Of a DNA stretch of 64,000 nucleotides, positions 36,206-48,979 are shown piece after piece. Origin of the DNA: Eukaryota sp. GEM-RC1 (lineage: Eukaryota); the NCBI GenBank assembly GCA_040285855.1, contig JAUFOQ010000013.1, forward strand, positions 1,550,001 to 1,614,000. Direction: 5' to 3'. Made by a program: the position numbers and the translations under genes. Under the pieces are notes generated by a model. The model was not told the origin of the DNA. It saw nothing but the letters and a program-made list of their open reading frames with translations, and ran no database searches. Position 1 is the first letter of the stretch. Every line of letters starts with the position of its first letter.

Positions 36206-39200
36206 CTAAAACAGAAATCCAAAGAAAGAATTCAACCGTTTTAACTTTTTCTTAGCCTCAGAATTACCTAAATCAGCCGCCTTCTGAAACCAGTCAATAG
36301 CAGTACCTTTGTTCTTTTCACACCATACCCATAGAGATAAGATTGTCCAAGAGTATACATTGCATCTGAATACTTGAGGTCTGCTGCTTTTCGGTACCAG
36401 TACATTGCACGTTCAATGTTTTTACGCACACCAATTCCATGATATAAATAGTTCGCATATATATACATAGCTCCAGCGTGTCCTAAATCAGCAGCCTTCC
36501 GGCACCAAAACGCGGCTTTTCGAAAATCCTGATCTACACCTTCTCCTTTAAAGAAACAGCCACTGAAGGCAACTATGGCATCACGGTTTCCCAAATCTGC
36601 AGCACTTTGGAAACAAATGAACAGCTTTTGAGTAATCTTGTTGCACTCCATTTCCTTTAAAATAATGAGTACCAAGAGCAAACATAGCCTCGGAATTTCC
36701 CAAATTAACAGCTTTTTGAAGCCAATGTAGAGCTTTTTGAAAGTCTTTTACTACGACTTCGCCTTTAAAGTAAAAACCAGCAAGGGAAAACATAGCATCA
36801 GAATCCCCTAAATCCGCAGCTTTTTGGTACCAAAAGTAGGCAAATGTAATGTTTTTAGGAACACCAAATCCGTTTTGATGCAAAGTCCCATATAAATACA
36901 TAGCCCCAACGTGTCCTAAGAGAAGTGCCTTCCCACACCAAAGAGCGGCTTGTCCAAAATCCTGATCTACACCTTGTCCTTTAAAGTAACAGCCACTGAG
37001 GGCAAACAAGGCATCACGGTTTCCTAAATCAGCAGCACTTTGGAAACAAATGAACTGCTTTTGAATAATCTTGCTCAACCCTTTCTCCTTTTAAATAGTG
37101 AACACCAAGGATAAACATGGCATCGGAGCTTCCTGAATCAATAGCTTTTTGGTACCAATGTACAGCTTTTACAAAGTCTTGTTGTACCCCATTTCCAATT
37201 TCATAGGAATTACCAAGAACGAGCATGGCTTTAGAACTTCCCAAATCTGCCACTGTTTGGTACAATTGTACAGCTTTTGCAGAGTCTTTTTCCATCCCCC
37301 CTACCGAATCTATAAAAATTCCCAAGCTCGTACATAGCATCGGAACTTCCCAAATCTGCAGCTTTTTCGTACCAATATAAAGCTTTTACAAAGTCTTTTC
37401 CACTCCTAGTCCGTTTAAATAGAACATACCAATAGTAACCATGGCTCCGGAACTTTCATAATCAGCAGCTTTTTTAAACCAATGTAGAGCTTGTACAAGA
37501 TCAGTTTCTACACCTAACCCGTTTAAATAGAACATACCAATATTAAGGACAGCTTCAAAACTTCCTAAATCGGCAGCCTTTTGAAACCAATGTAGAGCTT
37601 TTACATAGTCTTGTTCCAGACCTTGTCCATTTCCATAACAAAGACCAAGATTAGACATAGCTTCAAAACTTCCCAAATCAGCACCTTTTTGGAAACCAGT
37701 GTACAGCTTTTACATAGTCTTTTTCCAGACCTTGTCCGTTTCCATAGCAAACACCAAGATTAGACATAGCATCAGAACTTCCCAAATCAGCACCTTTTTG
37801 GAAACCAATATACAGCTTTGGCGAAGTCTTTTTCCAGTCCTTGCCCATTTCTATAACAAACACCAAGATTAGACATAGCTTCAAAACTTCCCAAATCAGC
37901 GCCTTTTTGGAAACCAATATACTGCTTTGGCGAAGTCTTTTTCCAGTCCTTGCCCGTTTCTATAACAAACACCAAGATTAACCATAGCACAAGAGTTTCC
38001 CAAATCAGCAGCTTTTTGGAAACCAATGTACAGCTTTTGTAAAGTCTTTTTCCAGTCATTGCCCGTTTCTATAACAAACACCAAGATTAGACATAGCTTC
38101 CGAACTTCCCAAATCAGCACCTTTTTGTAACCAATGTACAGCTTTTGTAAAGTCTTTTTCCAGACCTTGTCCGTTTCCATAGCAAACACCAAGATTAGAC
38201 ATAGCGTCAGAGTTTTCCAAATCAGCAGCTTTTTGGAAACCAATACACCGCTACCGTATAGTTTTGATGAACATCATCTCCACACTTATAAGAGTTACCA
38301 AGATTATTCATTTGCTGACTTTTCCAATCATCAGATCTCCGTTCAACTTCACAAGTTGTGTCATCATCGCTAATTTTAGTTTGAACAGCATTTGCTGAGT
38401 TGTCCAGATCCATAGCTTCAACAACTACTTGAAATTCTTTCAACCTTTTCAGTACATGATTAATAGAAGGTCTTTCACTTGGATTAACTGAAAGACACTT
38501 ACCAATCAATGAGGAAATTGATAGGGGAAATCCAGGAGGATAACGAAACAAATGTTCACGTTCTTTTACATTAATTACTTCTGAAGTTGACATGCCGTCA
38601 AAAGCAAGTCCATTGGAAAACATTTCATAAAGCAATATTCCCAAACTATAAATATCAAATGCAGAGCCAAATACACTCTTAAAGGCTTCTGGTGGAATAC
38701 ACTTGGGGGAAACTTGAAGAGATGAAGAAACGGTTTGAGGAGAACCAAGATCAGAAATTTTGACTCTAGAATTTACAATAATGACATTCTCAGATTTGAT
38801 ATTGTAGTGAACAATGCCTTTAGAATGTAGAAACTGTACAGCTGTGCATATCCCAATGGCTTGGGAAAGTGTAGTGGGAGAAAGAGATGTTGGAACTTGC
38901 AAATGTCCAGAACCAAGTTCCATGACTATTCCAATGTGCTCAGGAAGTCTGGTTATACCAAAGACTGGAAGAACATGAGGATGAGACAGAGGTAACATTT
39001 GAGACACTTCTTGGTGTAATAATTCTTCGCTGTGAGTAGCTTTGTTTACCATTTTTACGGCAACCACACAGTTGTTCCACTCAGCACTACGAACAACATC
39101 GCCAGCAATGTTCTCCAGAAAGTTGGAGTCATCGAGTTGGAGATCGTCAGGAGAAATTTCAACCAGATCGGAAAAATTTTCTGGCACAGGATCAGCTGCT

Positions 39201-39378
39201 TGATGTAACGCTGAAGAATGGACCGAATCGGCAAGAAGAGTTTTCAGTCCGCAAGTTGGACAGCTCCCGTTAGTATCGAGCCATTGTTTTATGCATAGAT
39301 GGCAAAAGAATGTCCACAAGGTAAAGTTACAGCTCCTTGGAATGTTCCAGAACAGATAGTGCAGTGAAGGTAGAACAT
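36206..39378 (-). pseudogene. RING finger - (pseudo)kinase - long Sel1-repeat protein; multiply frameshifted, with one in-frame TGA
   Basis: CTIC..LPCGHSF/CHLC..CPTC RING. Kinase-like VAVK, HYNIKSEN, DLG, PPE and DIYSLG. About 19 Sel1 units of 108 bp. GGA>TGA at 38056-38058. Pseudogene versus sequencing error is unresolved. Confidence 0.75.
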
Positions 39379-39599
39379 TAAATATCTGGTATTCAAAAGC
39401 TAAGACACGTGTGTCTAGGACACACGTTTATTCATCTTTGGAATTGTTCAATGCGAATTGTTTCCATGGTAAAGTTGAACATTGAGTTCAGACGAAGAGT
39501 CTATCTATTCATTATCACTCATTGAGTCTATTTCACATTAAATCGATAAAAAATGAATCTTAAGCAAACAGTGTGCGTATTTGCTGTACCCATGTACAC

Positions 39600-40244
39600 C
39601 AGGGGTGGGAAAACAATATTGCAATAAATATAAACATAATTTAGCCACAAAACAAATATTGCAATTCTTCAACCAATACTGCAATATTTCAATGTTGCAA
39701 CAATACGAATCACATTATGTACTTATCACAAAAAACCCACATATTTCACTGTCTATCATTATTAGAAGTATCAGAAATAATCTCACTACCATTATCTACA
39801 TCTTCGAATTTTTTACTGTTCATGATAAGTCTTACAGTAGCTTCATCAAAAAAAAATCACAGTTTTCTTTCATCAGTGTTTGCATTTCAAGACTGGAGGG
39901 CTTAAGAGAAAATGGCTTCAGCAGAAAGAATTTACATTGCACTTCAGTAAACACTCGAACTGAGCTCATATGACAGGCATTGTGATAATACAACAACTAG
40001 AAATTATCACCGATAAATCAACTCTCACCATATTTAAACACATAAGGCAACAAGACGGGTTTTGGGAGTCCAAATGGTGAAGTAAAACAACAAAAGGAAC
40101 AACTAAAAGTATATTGCCAATACTGCAATATTGCAATAATTTACCGGTGCAACAATAAATATTGGTCCACCTCAAAGAGCGGAAATAAATATTGCTCCAA
40201 TATTTATTGCAATATTGGAAGAGCAATATTGTTTTCCCACCCTA
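39600..40244. mobile_element. 645-bp hAT-like MITE
   Basis: TIRs CAGGGGTGGGAAAACAATATTGC / GCAATATTGTTTTCCCACCCTA with a perfect TSD ATGTACAC (39592-39599, 40245-40252). Confidence 0.92.
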
Positions 40245-40726
40245 ATGTACACACTATAAAAGTACAATTACTGAAATACTATTTAACTTTTTTAAAAAAA
40301 TTTCACTAGCACTCGCACTCAGTCAGTACAGACCGAGTGCGAGCCACAAGTCGTCGCACTTGGTAACTTAGGTTATTAGTAATCAGATTGTACTTTAGTT
40401 TTCTTTGAAATCTGTTCACACCATGAATAGTATTCTTGTCGGCGGTTTGTGGTCTTCCAGTGTTTCTGACGATGACGTGATGATGACGACGTGATGACTC
40501 TCAGGATGTTTCAATTTAGTTAAATTTGTTGGACTTATTGCAAACAAAAGAGGGCCAAGCTGATTGAAGATTCTGTTCAATCTCTTGGATGTCTTCACTA
40601 TTTTTGGATGGTCTAACTTAAACTTAGAGTGCCGTTTGGAAAGAACTATCAGCTTTTTCAAGTGAATGAACGAATGTTTTTGGTTATTTTGGTTACAACG
40701 TTGAGTTGTAGTCTTGATTACAAATA

Positions 40727-41093
40727 CTCTAATTTACCTAATACTAGACCCAAAAAACCCTTACTAGCCTATCTCTTCGTGGCCAGTAATAGGTAAGCGC
40801 TAGTAAAGGAGGGGCTTGTAGTAGGTCAGGGCTAGTAATAAACTTGAGGTCAACAATCAACAATTAACAAGAGAACTTTATACTACGCTATTAGCTTTAT
40901 TACTTTATAGCCCTAAATCAAACCCATACTCATATTATACTCTACACTACGTGTAGTGGTCTGGTACTGTCATTAGCATAAAACTATCAGAACAAGGTGG
41001 GCTAGTATTAGGTATTTTACTAGCCTATCTCTTCGTGGCTAGTATTAGGGATGGGCTAGTATTAGGGCAGGGCTAGTATTAGGTTAATTAGAG
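40727..41093. mobile_element. 367-bp MITE flanked by TA, with GGCTAGTA repeats
   Basis: TA-CTCTAATTTACCTAATACTAG ... CTAGTATTAGGTTAATTAGAG-TA. An internally deleted copy lies at ~57754-57850. Confidence 0.85.
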
Positions 41094-41577
41094 TATACTA
41101 ATCTGAACCATCCAACATTCCTAGTAGGCAGCAAAATTTGAACATTTTGGAATTGTGATTGTATAATCATTATACTATAATGTAAGCCATATGAACAAAA
41201 ATCAATAGACTTACATCGATAAGAAACGATATATAATAAATCTCTACTACTAAATCCGTGATCAAAGTTCTCTGACACATGCATTCGAACTCTAGAAGTA
41301 CAATGTAGATTTGAATGAACTCTATTGTACATATTTGACAGTTTCATCTACTTGTAGATACACGAATTTAAAATGAAATCAAGTGAAAAATTTCGATATC
41401 AATCTCTACTAGTAGTAGATACCAATGTTGGTATTACTGACGGAAACAAACTAATACAAAGTTATATTAAATACATGTACAAAGTTTAAATAACAAATAA
41501 ATTTAACAATCAGACATCCAATACCTGACTGAACAAAAAAATAGGTCATTATTAAAATATTTCAAACATAAATTCAA

Positions 41578-43289
41578 TCATCCCCAAGAAAACAGACTCT
41601 GATGCTTCTCATCCTTCTGTACAGCCTTCACCTTAACCTTCGGATGACGTGTCACCTTCCCAGATTGAGCTCTTCTCGGAGGTCTCCCATTCAACTTCCT
41701 TAAACCTTCCTCTGCAGTAATCAAAGGACTCTGCTTACCACTTCTCATAGCCATTTCTTCCAGTGGTGAAGCCACGCGATGAGTAACCGGAGTAAAATCC
41801 ACAGCACTTGGAGTAGTAAAGGAAGCAAAGGGAACAGGGGAAGCGAGAGCAGGTGGAGCGGATCGAAGAGATCGTCTTTTGGAGGGTTGGAGTGAAATGT
41901 TTGAGGAGAGGGGGAGAGATCAGTTCTAACGTCATCAATGAGCTGTAGTACCTCACGCTCAAAATCAACATACTCATCAGTGAAATCAAGACGATTGAGA
42001 TCAACGACTTCTTCATCAAATTTGAGTGATTCAACAGATATCCGTTGACTGATCCCGATTCCTTCCGCAACGCTGTTTCTCCTTCTTAAAGGTGATCTTC
42101 TAGACATTGGAGTGGGACTCAGTGCTGGGAGGGAGTTCTCATCGCCTCTGAAGCTAGAGAAGGGTGTGAGAGGGGGAGGTGGAGGAACATGGCCAAGGGA
42201 AGAGGTTTTTAAAAGGGAGGAGCGGTGGTCAAGATCGTTACAGAAGGATTTTAAAGAATCGCATTGAAATTTAAAAGAATTTAAATATTCTAGTTGGTTC
42301 ATAATTTGGGTTGATAAAACAGATTCATTGACTTTGGAAGTGGAAACTTCAAAATCGTCATCGTCATCATTTGAGGAAATGTAAATTCCATTGATTATGT
42401 CGAGAGAAGGGATCAGCTGAGTGAGTGATTGAATTGACACGTGACCAAGATCAATATCCAGTCGGAATAGTTGTCGTAGACCGAGGATCATACTACCAAT
42501 GTTTCCATTGGTGAAAACTAACGATGGGTTTCCCTCTAAGAGAAGAACTTCGAGGGAAGGACATAGAGAAGGAAGATGGGGTATGAGCTGAAGATCATTG
42601 TGTGACGAAGAGAGTTCAGAGAGAGAAGGAAGTTGTGGAAGGTCGAAGGACTTCAGCGGAGGGGACTGGAGGTTGAAGTGGAGTGTGTGGAGAGAGTCAA
42701 GAGACGAGGATATGAAAGAAAGAGAAGATAAGTGATTGCTGGACACGTCGAGTTCCTTGAGGTGTTTCAGGTGAGATAGATGTGGAAGAGTAGAAAGTCT
42801 GTTGTCTTGTAGGTAGAGTTCATGTAAAGATGGAGTTAGACTAAGAATGAATTCATCTGAAATATACGAGATATTGTTTTGAGAAAGATCTAGAGTACAA
42901 ATGCTGGAAGTAAAGAATGGTATTTCAATGGATGAAATAGAGTTGTTTGAAAGATTGAGTGAGACTAGGTTAGAAGCACGCGATAGGTCTGGAGAAGAGG
43001 TCAGTTTGTTGTAAGAAAGGTCAAGAGTTCTTAACTTAGAGATGTTGGTGGAATTGAGTGATTCGATGGAGGTTAAACCATTGTATGTTAGATACAATTC
43101 TAGAAGGGGTGGGCAGTCAGAGAGAAAATCTAGGTTGGAGAGCTTGTTAAACGATAGATCAAGTTGGCGTAGATTGGGAAGAAGTTTAAGATCTGTGAGG
43201 TATTCAAGGCTAAGACCATCCAAGTTGAGACTTTCTAAGGATGAAGGAGACTCTGTTTTAGATATGAGGTCGAGAACCGAGTCCTTCAT
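41578..43289 (-). CDS. SDS22-like LRR protein with disordered S/P-rich tail (indel ~41878)
   Basis: LxxLxxLDLSxNxLxxL repeats. The tail continues as RSLRSAPPALASPV...DFTPVTHRVASP. Confidence 0.85.
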
Positions 43290-43344
43290 GGTCAGTTGAG
43301 AAGTCTATGTGTTTTTCCAAATGGCAACAGAAATCGTTTTTATT

Positions 43345-43650
43345 TGACTGTTGACCTAGACAGGTGTTCAACATTTACTTTCATTCTATTTTTGGTAGTA
43401 TTGGTGAAATGGCTTCTAAGTTTTTAACTGATTTTGGATCTATGTGTAAGTCTCAGAATAAGAGATTTAACTTATCAATTTGGCATAACCGATTGATGTT
43501 TTCTTTGTTCCGTTCGGTGCCTAAGTTTTTTAAAACAATTTTCACAAAGTTTTATAAAACTGTGGTACTGTTGACCAGGAATTTTCGGTGTCTAGTGTTT
43601 CATAGCTTTTATTATGATATGTATTTTTGTACACACCATCAATAAACTGT
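43345..43650 (+). mobile_element. 3' remnant of an RLE-type non-LTR retrotransposon
   Basis: SIFGSIGEMASKFLTDFGSMCKSQNKRFNLSIWHNRLMFSLFRSVPK resembles the family A C-terminus. Confidence 0.75.
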
Positions 43651-43904
43651 TTTCTTTACTTTCATTCTGGACAATTGTCAATATCCACTATTACAACTAC
43701 TTCAATATTGACATCGCCTTCTTTGTATCCAGTTACGATTCCAGTTTTTCCTGTTAGCCCTTTAGCAGAGAACGTGCTCAATTCAATTCATCATTTGGTC
43801 TTAACTCTTCTTCTCATTGTTCTCCACACTCTTCGAAGTCTAAAGCTTCCACTGTTATTGCTGATCCTACTGTTCAACCTGATTTAATTGTAAAAGTAAT
43901 ATCA

Positions 43905-44273
43905 TTGAAATCAATTGAGACTTCTAGGTGTTGTTCTAATTGTGGCCAGCCTGGTCATTATACTAAAACATGTACAGTAGCTAAAGAAGAGCAGTTGAAA
44001 CTGCTGTCTAATTCTTTTGCACTCAAATCATCTCTTGACCTCGACGCCTTCGATGCTCCTGAATCTGTGTACCTTAATTCCGCTGAATTGCTATTTTCTT
44101 CAGGTAGTGACTTGATAGAAGAACTAGTGCTAGCGACTAAAAATTCTTCCAGTTGTGCGTTTTGTCATACAATTGTGACTGATGTGAGAAATGGTAGACC
44201 AATTCTTCTCTGTAAATCTTGTACAACGATCGATTCTACCAGTCAAAATTCCCGATTACAACTTAACAAATGA
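43905..44273 (+). mobile_element. CCHC zinc-knuckle ORF fragment, probably retroelement-derived
   Basis: CSNCGQPGHYTKTC (CX2CX4HX4C) plus CAFC...CKSC. Confidence 0.5.
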
Positions 44274-45069
44274 AAAAAAAATGCTAATTGTTTTCAACAG
44301 CTACATTGGTCTCCAATGATTGGAGACCATTTGGTAAACTGTATAGTCACACATAGCAACGAAGTCGAATCGTAATGATCCATTGATGATCATTTAGTAA
44401 TAAACCACACACTTGTGGAATTTGATTAATTAATGCCACATCAGAACAAAATTAGCGAAAGCTGGATTTTTTTCCTTGACCGAGCTAAGACGAACTTTGA
44501 ACTATGACTAATTTGAAATGGTCATAACAAAATTGTAAGTGGTAAACTACGATAATCTTTACAATTTGTTAGCACTCAATTTGCTACATGAAGGAACCAA
44601 TCCGTAGGAGTGACTAGTGGATTGGAAAGCACGCGCTTTTAGATTTCTTGTATTTTTGATCACGTAACGCAACTTTTTTTTGTATTTCACTTGTTTTCAC
44701 TTGTAATTTCTCATAAATAAATTTAGAATAGTTTTGAACAAAAAATACATGTACGTGTACTTTGTTTGGATCTTTTGAATTTGTAGTTACTATTTTTTGA
44801 ATGTATAGTCAGCATGATTCTGCTGAAAAGGTAATGACACGATGACGTGGCTGGAAGTCACGTCAACTGAACTTGACTATCTGCCGACTTGACGAGTCGG
44901 ATTCTGAATCATAACAGATCACCTAAATGACTGGAACCGGATACAAAAGGTCATCGAATTGAATGACACGTTTTAGACTCTAAAAAGTGTCATTCAATTC
45001 GATAAAATTCAGATTACTGAAAAACATGTTATGATCTGTCACTCATCAGGAATGATGTTTAATTAAAGT

Positions 45070-45838
45070 AAGAGTTTATTTGCAACAATAAATTAATACA
45101 TACTAATTCAGAAAATGAAAGAAGTTAAATTCTCCACATCAACACGAGAATTGTCCCTATACAACTTCGAATAAATGGAAGATAAATACTTGGGAATGCT
45201 TCTATAAAGAGCGAACATAATTCGATTAATCCATACATCGCTATTAAACACCTTGCCATTAGAACGACATAAAAGACTAAAATCACTCAGAAACAATAAA
45301 ACGGATGGACCAATATTACTAAAAATTGAAATTGCAAATGGAACAAATGAAAACTTAGAATATAGATTTTCATTAAGCTTCTGCAAAGCATCCGCATAAT
45401 TTGAACACTTTTGCTGTTCAGTCTTTTCCAGATGACCATTCGAATCATTCAATATGGAGTCTTGGTAGACTTTTGCAAACGGGTCAACTGTAGTAAAATA
45501 AACCACAACTTGAGATGAATCCAGGAAAGGAGCAATTAAGTCACCACGCCGAGAATCAAACACGTTATTGTCACTATAATGTTTCACAAGAGGTTCAATT
45601 TTACAACTATAATTGTAGGATTTGAACATTTCATAAGTAACGTCACGAACAGCGTTATGTAGAACAGATCGAAATTGCAAAAATTTCTTGCAACTAACAA
45701 CATGACGAAATGTGGCTGTAGATCGGTTATCGCAGACACAGATTGAATTATTTAGCAAACCACTATGGAATAAACCTAAACGAAGACGCATATATTGCTT
45801 CCAAGCATCATTGTTCAAATGTAAACCAAAAGGTAAAA
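45070..45838 (-). mobile_element. 5'-truncated RLE non-LTR retrotransposon (family A) with 11-bp TSD
   Basis: Intact zinc-motif and RLE ORF 45108-45818, flanked by TTAATTAAAGT at 45059-45069 and 45839-45849. Confidence 0.9.
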
Positions 45839-45867
45839 TTAATTAAAGTGTGGACACACCTCTCGAA

Positions 45868-47091
45868 ATGTCCTCCAAAAAGAACCTACAACCCGGTGAA
45901 CGACTGTGCCTCATCTTAAAGTTCTTATGCGGTAATTGCTTCGGATCCAATGAGTTAGTTGTAGTTTTTCTGATCCTAACGTGCATTGGTGGAGCTTTCA
46001 TTGGCTTCTATTCCATCATCATGGGAGTTCCCTTACTGAGCTTCTGTGGTTTCGTCATTGGTTGCATCTTCTTTTATACATTCTTCTTTTGTAAGTCAGT
46101 CTTCTATCATCCACTTGAATTTGTCGGCAAGAACTCTACTTTCTTGGGAATTGTTGCTTGGATTTCTTTGATATCATTCCTAATCCCCTTCAGTCATAAT
46201 CTTGTTTGGGTACTTAGCTATACGTCGTCTCTTTTTCTCTTCTCATTTTTCTACTTCTTCAAAAGCTTTCCCTTTGAGTATTGGAACTTTCCTTGCTCTG
46301 ATACCCCAAACACATGTTGGCCTGTGGAGGAGATCAAATGGGGCGATGCTTCTGCAGACTTCTGGATTATGTTCATCATGTTCTTTTCCATTCAAATCTA
46401 TTTGGCCTTAGCTTTCTATCTTTTCTTTATTCTTCCCGTTATTTCCTTCTTCTCTTTAATGTTTCATTCAATCAAAATCCAAAACTCTTCTGTAGAGGAA
46501 TTCTTTGAAGGCAACACATCTGCTTTTAAATCTATTTTGTACTTTTTAATTGGTCTTAATGATTTTGGAAGATTAATGTGGATAATTATTCTAAGTCTTC
46601 CGATTCTACATTTAATTCTAATCTCGTTTGCCTTTTCAGCTTCCATTCAGCTGATCTTTTACGTAATTATCACTGGGTTGTCTCTTGCATCAAGTATGCT
46701 TCTATGGAGAACGCCTACTTTAACTACTACTTTGGAGAAACTTCCAAATCACCCCATTATATTTTGTTATTTTAGATCTATTTGCCTTGTTTCATTTGGT
46801 GTTTTCTTTGTAAGTTGTCTTGCTGGTGTTTTGTTTTCTTTCATATGGTTTACTTTAAATTCTGAATCTGACAGGTTTTTATTGATAACAACAGAACGGT
46901 TTGACGGAGGAATTGGTTTCTTTTTTTTAATTCTGGGATTTTTAAATTTTCTGATTTGTGGTGGAGCTGTGGTTGCCTTTTACTTTTTCATTAAAAGCAT
47001 ATTTCATGCTATTTTAAAAACTATCCAGAATTACAGAGACTTTGAGGCACAGTTTCTAGAAGAGAGAAAAGAAATTCCTCAATATGTTTAA
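45868..47091 (+). CDS. Multi-pass membrane protein of unknown function
   Basis: Uninterrupted ~407-aa ORF with about 9-10 hydrophobic segments. Confidence 0.8.
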   Translation: MSSKKNLQPGERLCLILKFLCGNCFGSNELVVVFLILTCIGGAFIGFYSIIMGVPLLSFCGFVIGCIFFYTFFFCKSVFYHPLEFVGKNSTFLGIVAWISLISFLIPFSHNLVWVLSYTSSLFLFSFFYFFKSFPFEYWNFPCSDTPNTCWPVEEIKWGDASADFWIMFIMFFSIQIYLALAFYLFFILPVISFFSLMFHSIKIQNSSVEEFFEGNTSAFKSILYFLIGLNDFGRLMWIIILSLPILHLILISFAFSASIQLIFYVIITGLSLASSMLLWRTPTLTTTLEKLPNHPIIFCYFRSICLVSFGVFFVSCLAGVLFSFIWFTLNSESDRFLLITTERFDGGIGFFFLILGFLNFLICGGAVVAFYFFIKSIFHAILKTIQNYRDFEAQFLEERKEIPQYV

Positions 47092-47489
47092 TTTTGAAAT
47101 GGCAATTTTACATTATGTATTTGTTGTCTATCACAAATCAATGATAGACTTGTTGTTGTCATGTAATGGGTCACAACAGAAGGTCAAAAGGGCAATTATT
47201 TGGAGTAATTGCGGTCCTAACAAGTAACTTCAAAACCGACATGTTTCTAGTTTTTGAATTAATTTTAAAATTTGTTCTGGAGCAATCTGACTACTCTGAC
47301 TTCTGGGCTCGTTATGATTAGTTTTGTTCTGTTAAATCTACTTTATTTTCATGAACTACTGGGATTTTCTGGTTGAAGAAAGGTTTCTGCTTTTTAAAAG
47401 AATATAACCATTCTTTTTAGTTAAGCTGTTGTAACTAGTCTGATGTTGTAACTAATCTTGTGGTAGTATGACATTGGATTTTTCTTTCA

Positions 47490-47880
47490 CTTCATTAACA
47501 GCTGCAGAGAATTTGAAAAATTCCGAGTGTGAGTCTCAAGTTGAAAAATTGAAGTCAAATTCCAAATTTGTGTTTCAACATTTTGCTTTCTCTCTTTTCA
47601 GGATCGATTAATCCTGCAGATGATCAATTTTTCAAGCATAAGAACTGTGCAAAGAAAAAGCGTTCGAAAAAGCGTTCGTTTAGAACGTTTGAATGGAACA
47701 ATCGTGGTGTGTTTTCCATTTACCGAAGCATGCCTCTCTGTTTCTCTTTTTTTTCATTGATTGAGATACTGTACCAGTTTGGTACGCAGGTTAATGTCGG
47801 AAAGAATGGTCTTTTACCAGATGGGGATGAAGATGTTTGGATTTTATTTTAGTGCTTTTTGGATAGTTTTTGAATTCGTA
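47490..47880 (+). mobile_element. Degenerate RLE remnant (family B)
   Basis: SLFSGSINPADDQFFK...EWNNRGVFSIYRSMP...LLPDGDEDVWI matches ORF 15329-15745. Confidence 0.8.
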
Positions 47881-48979
47881 TCTTTATGACAAGGTGAAAA
47901 TCTAATTCAGAAACACAAGAACAATGTTAAAAGGCGTTGTTTATGATCAATCAGTGAAGAAGATCAATCAGAATAATTGTAATTTATTAATGACGCTTAC
48001 ACTCTCACACATGTCAAATACAAGCTACACATGTTCTAGAAATAACAAAAATACAGAACAATACTACATACAGAGGAATGCAAAATAAATCGACTTAGAA
48101 AACTTTCGCAAAAGTCATGTTGAGAATTTTGTTTTTGTAAAAGTGACAATGAAATTATACAGGCCTCACAGAGAAAATAACATAACAAAACATTAAAAAT
48201 ACCCGAACAAATACCAGGTAGCCATTATTTAGTTTGCCTTCTTTTATGAGCAGAACAGAAGGCCTTCCCAAGCTACTTTCTCAATCATTCCAAAGGTTGA
48301 GATTCCCCAAAAACATCAAAAAGACCACTCTAAGAAATTATTCTTCCTCTTCGTGGAACACTACATTTCCATCTTTTACATTGTACAATTAGTCGCAACA
48401 CTTAGTCTCAGTAGAACTAATTTCCATTTGAGGATATTAGCCTCCAAACGGTTCAAACTGAAGTAAAACATAAATTAATTCCAGACAAACGAGTTTTCCA
48501 CTGAGACTATTGATTGTGACCAGTGCAGTAACCAAACATGCCCGGTCTAATTTGTTGTTCCTGGTGGAGAGGAAGTCAATTGAGATACATATTGTAGGTG
48601 AATGATGATCCATAATAACATGTGGTAATTTATTACTAGTCTCAACAGTAATCACAACAACAACCGAAGCATAAGTTTATGCTACTCTTCAGAAACGCAT
48701 ACATTGACGTCTGCTTGAATCTAAGTGCCAACAAAGAGCATGTGAGCTTGACAAAATTCAAATTCGAAAATTCGAAAGGCAAAATCTAGATTAATGCCCG
48801 TCATTCCTATAAATATACGAAACACTTGAAAATCAAAGTCTGTACATACTAGTAGTACACACAATTATTTGCTTACTGTTCCGATGAACTGTCGTAGGTT
48901 TGATTACCACCTTCAGAGTGACAAAAACGATAGCCAGCCACTTTCAGTCAAAAAATACAAAAATACCGAAAACTAGGTC

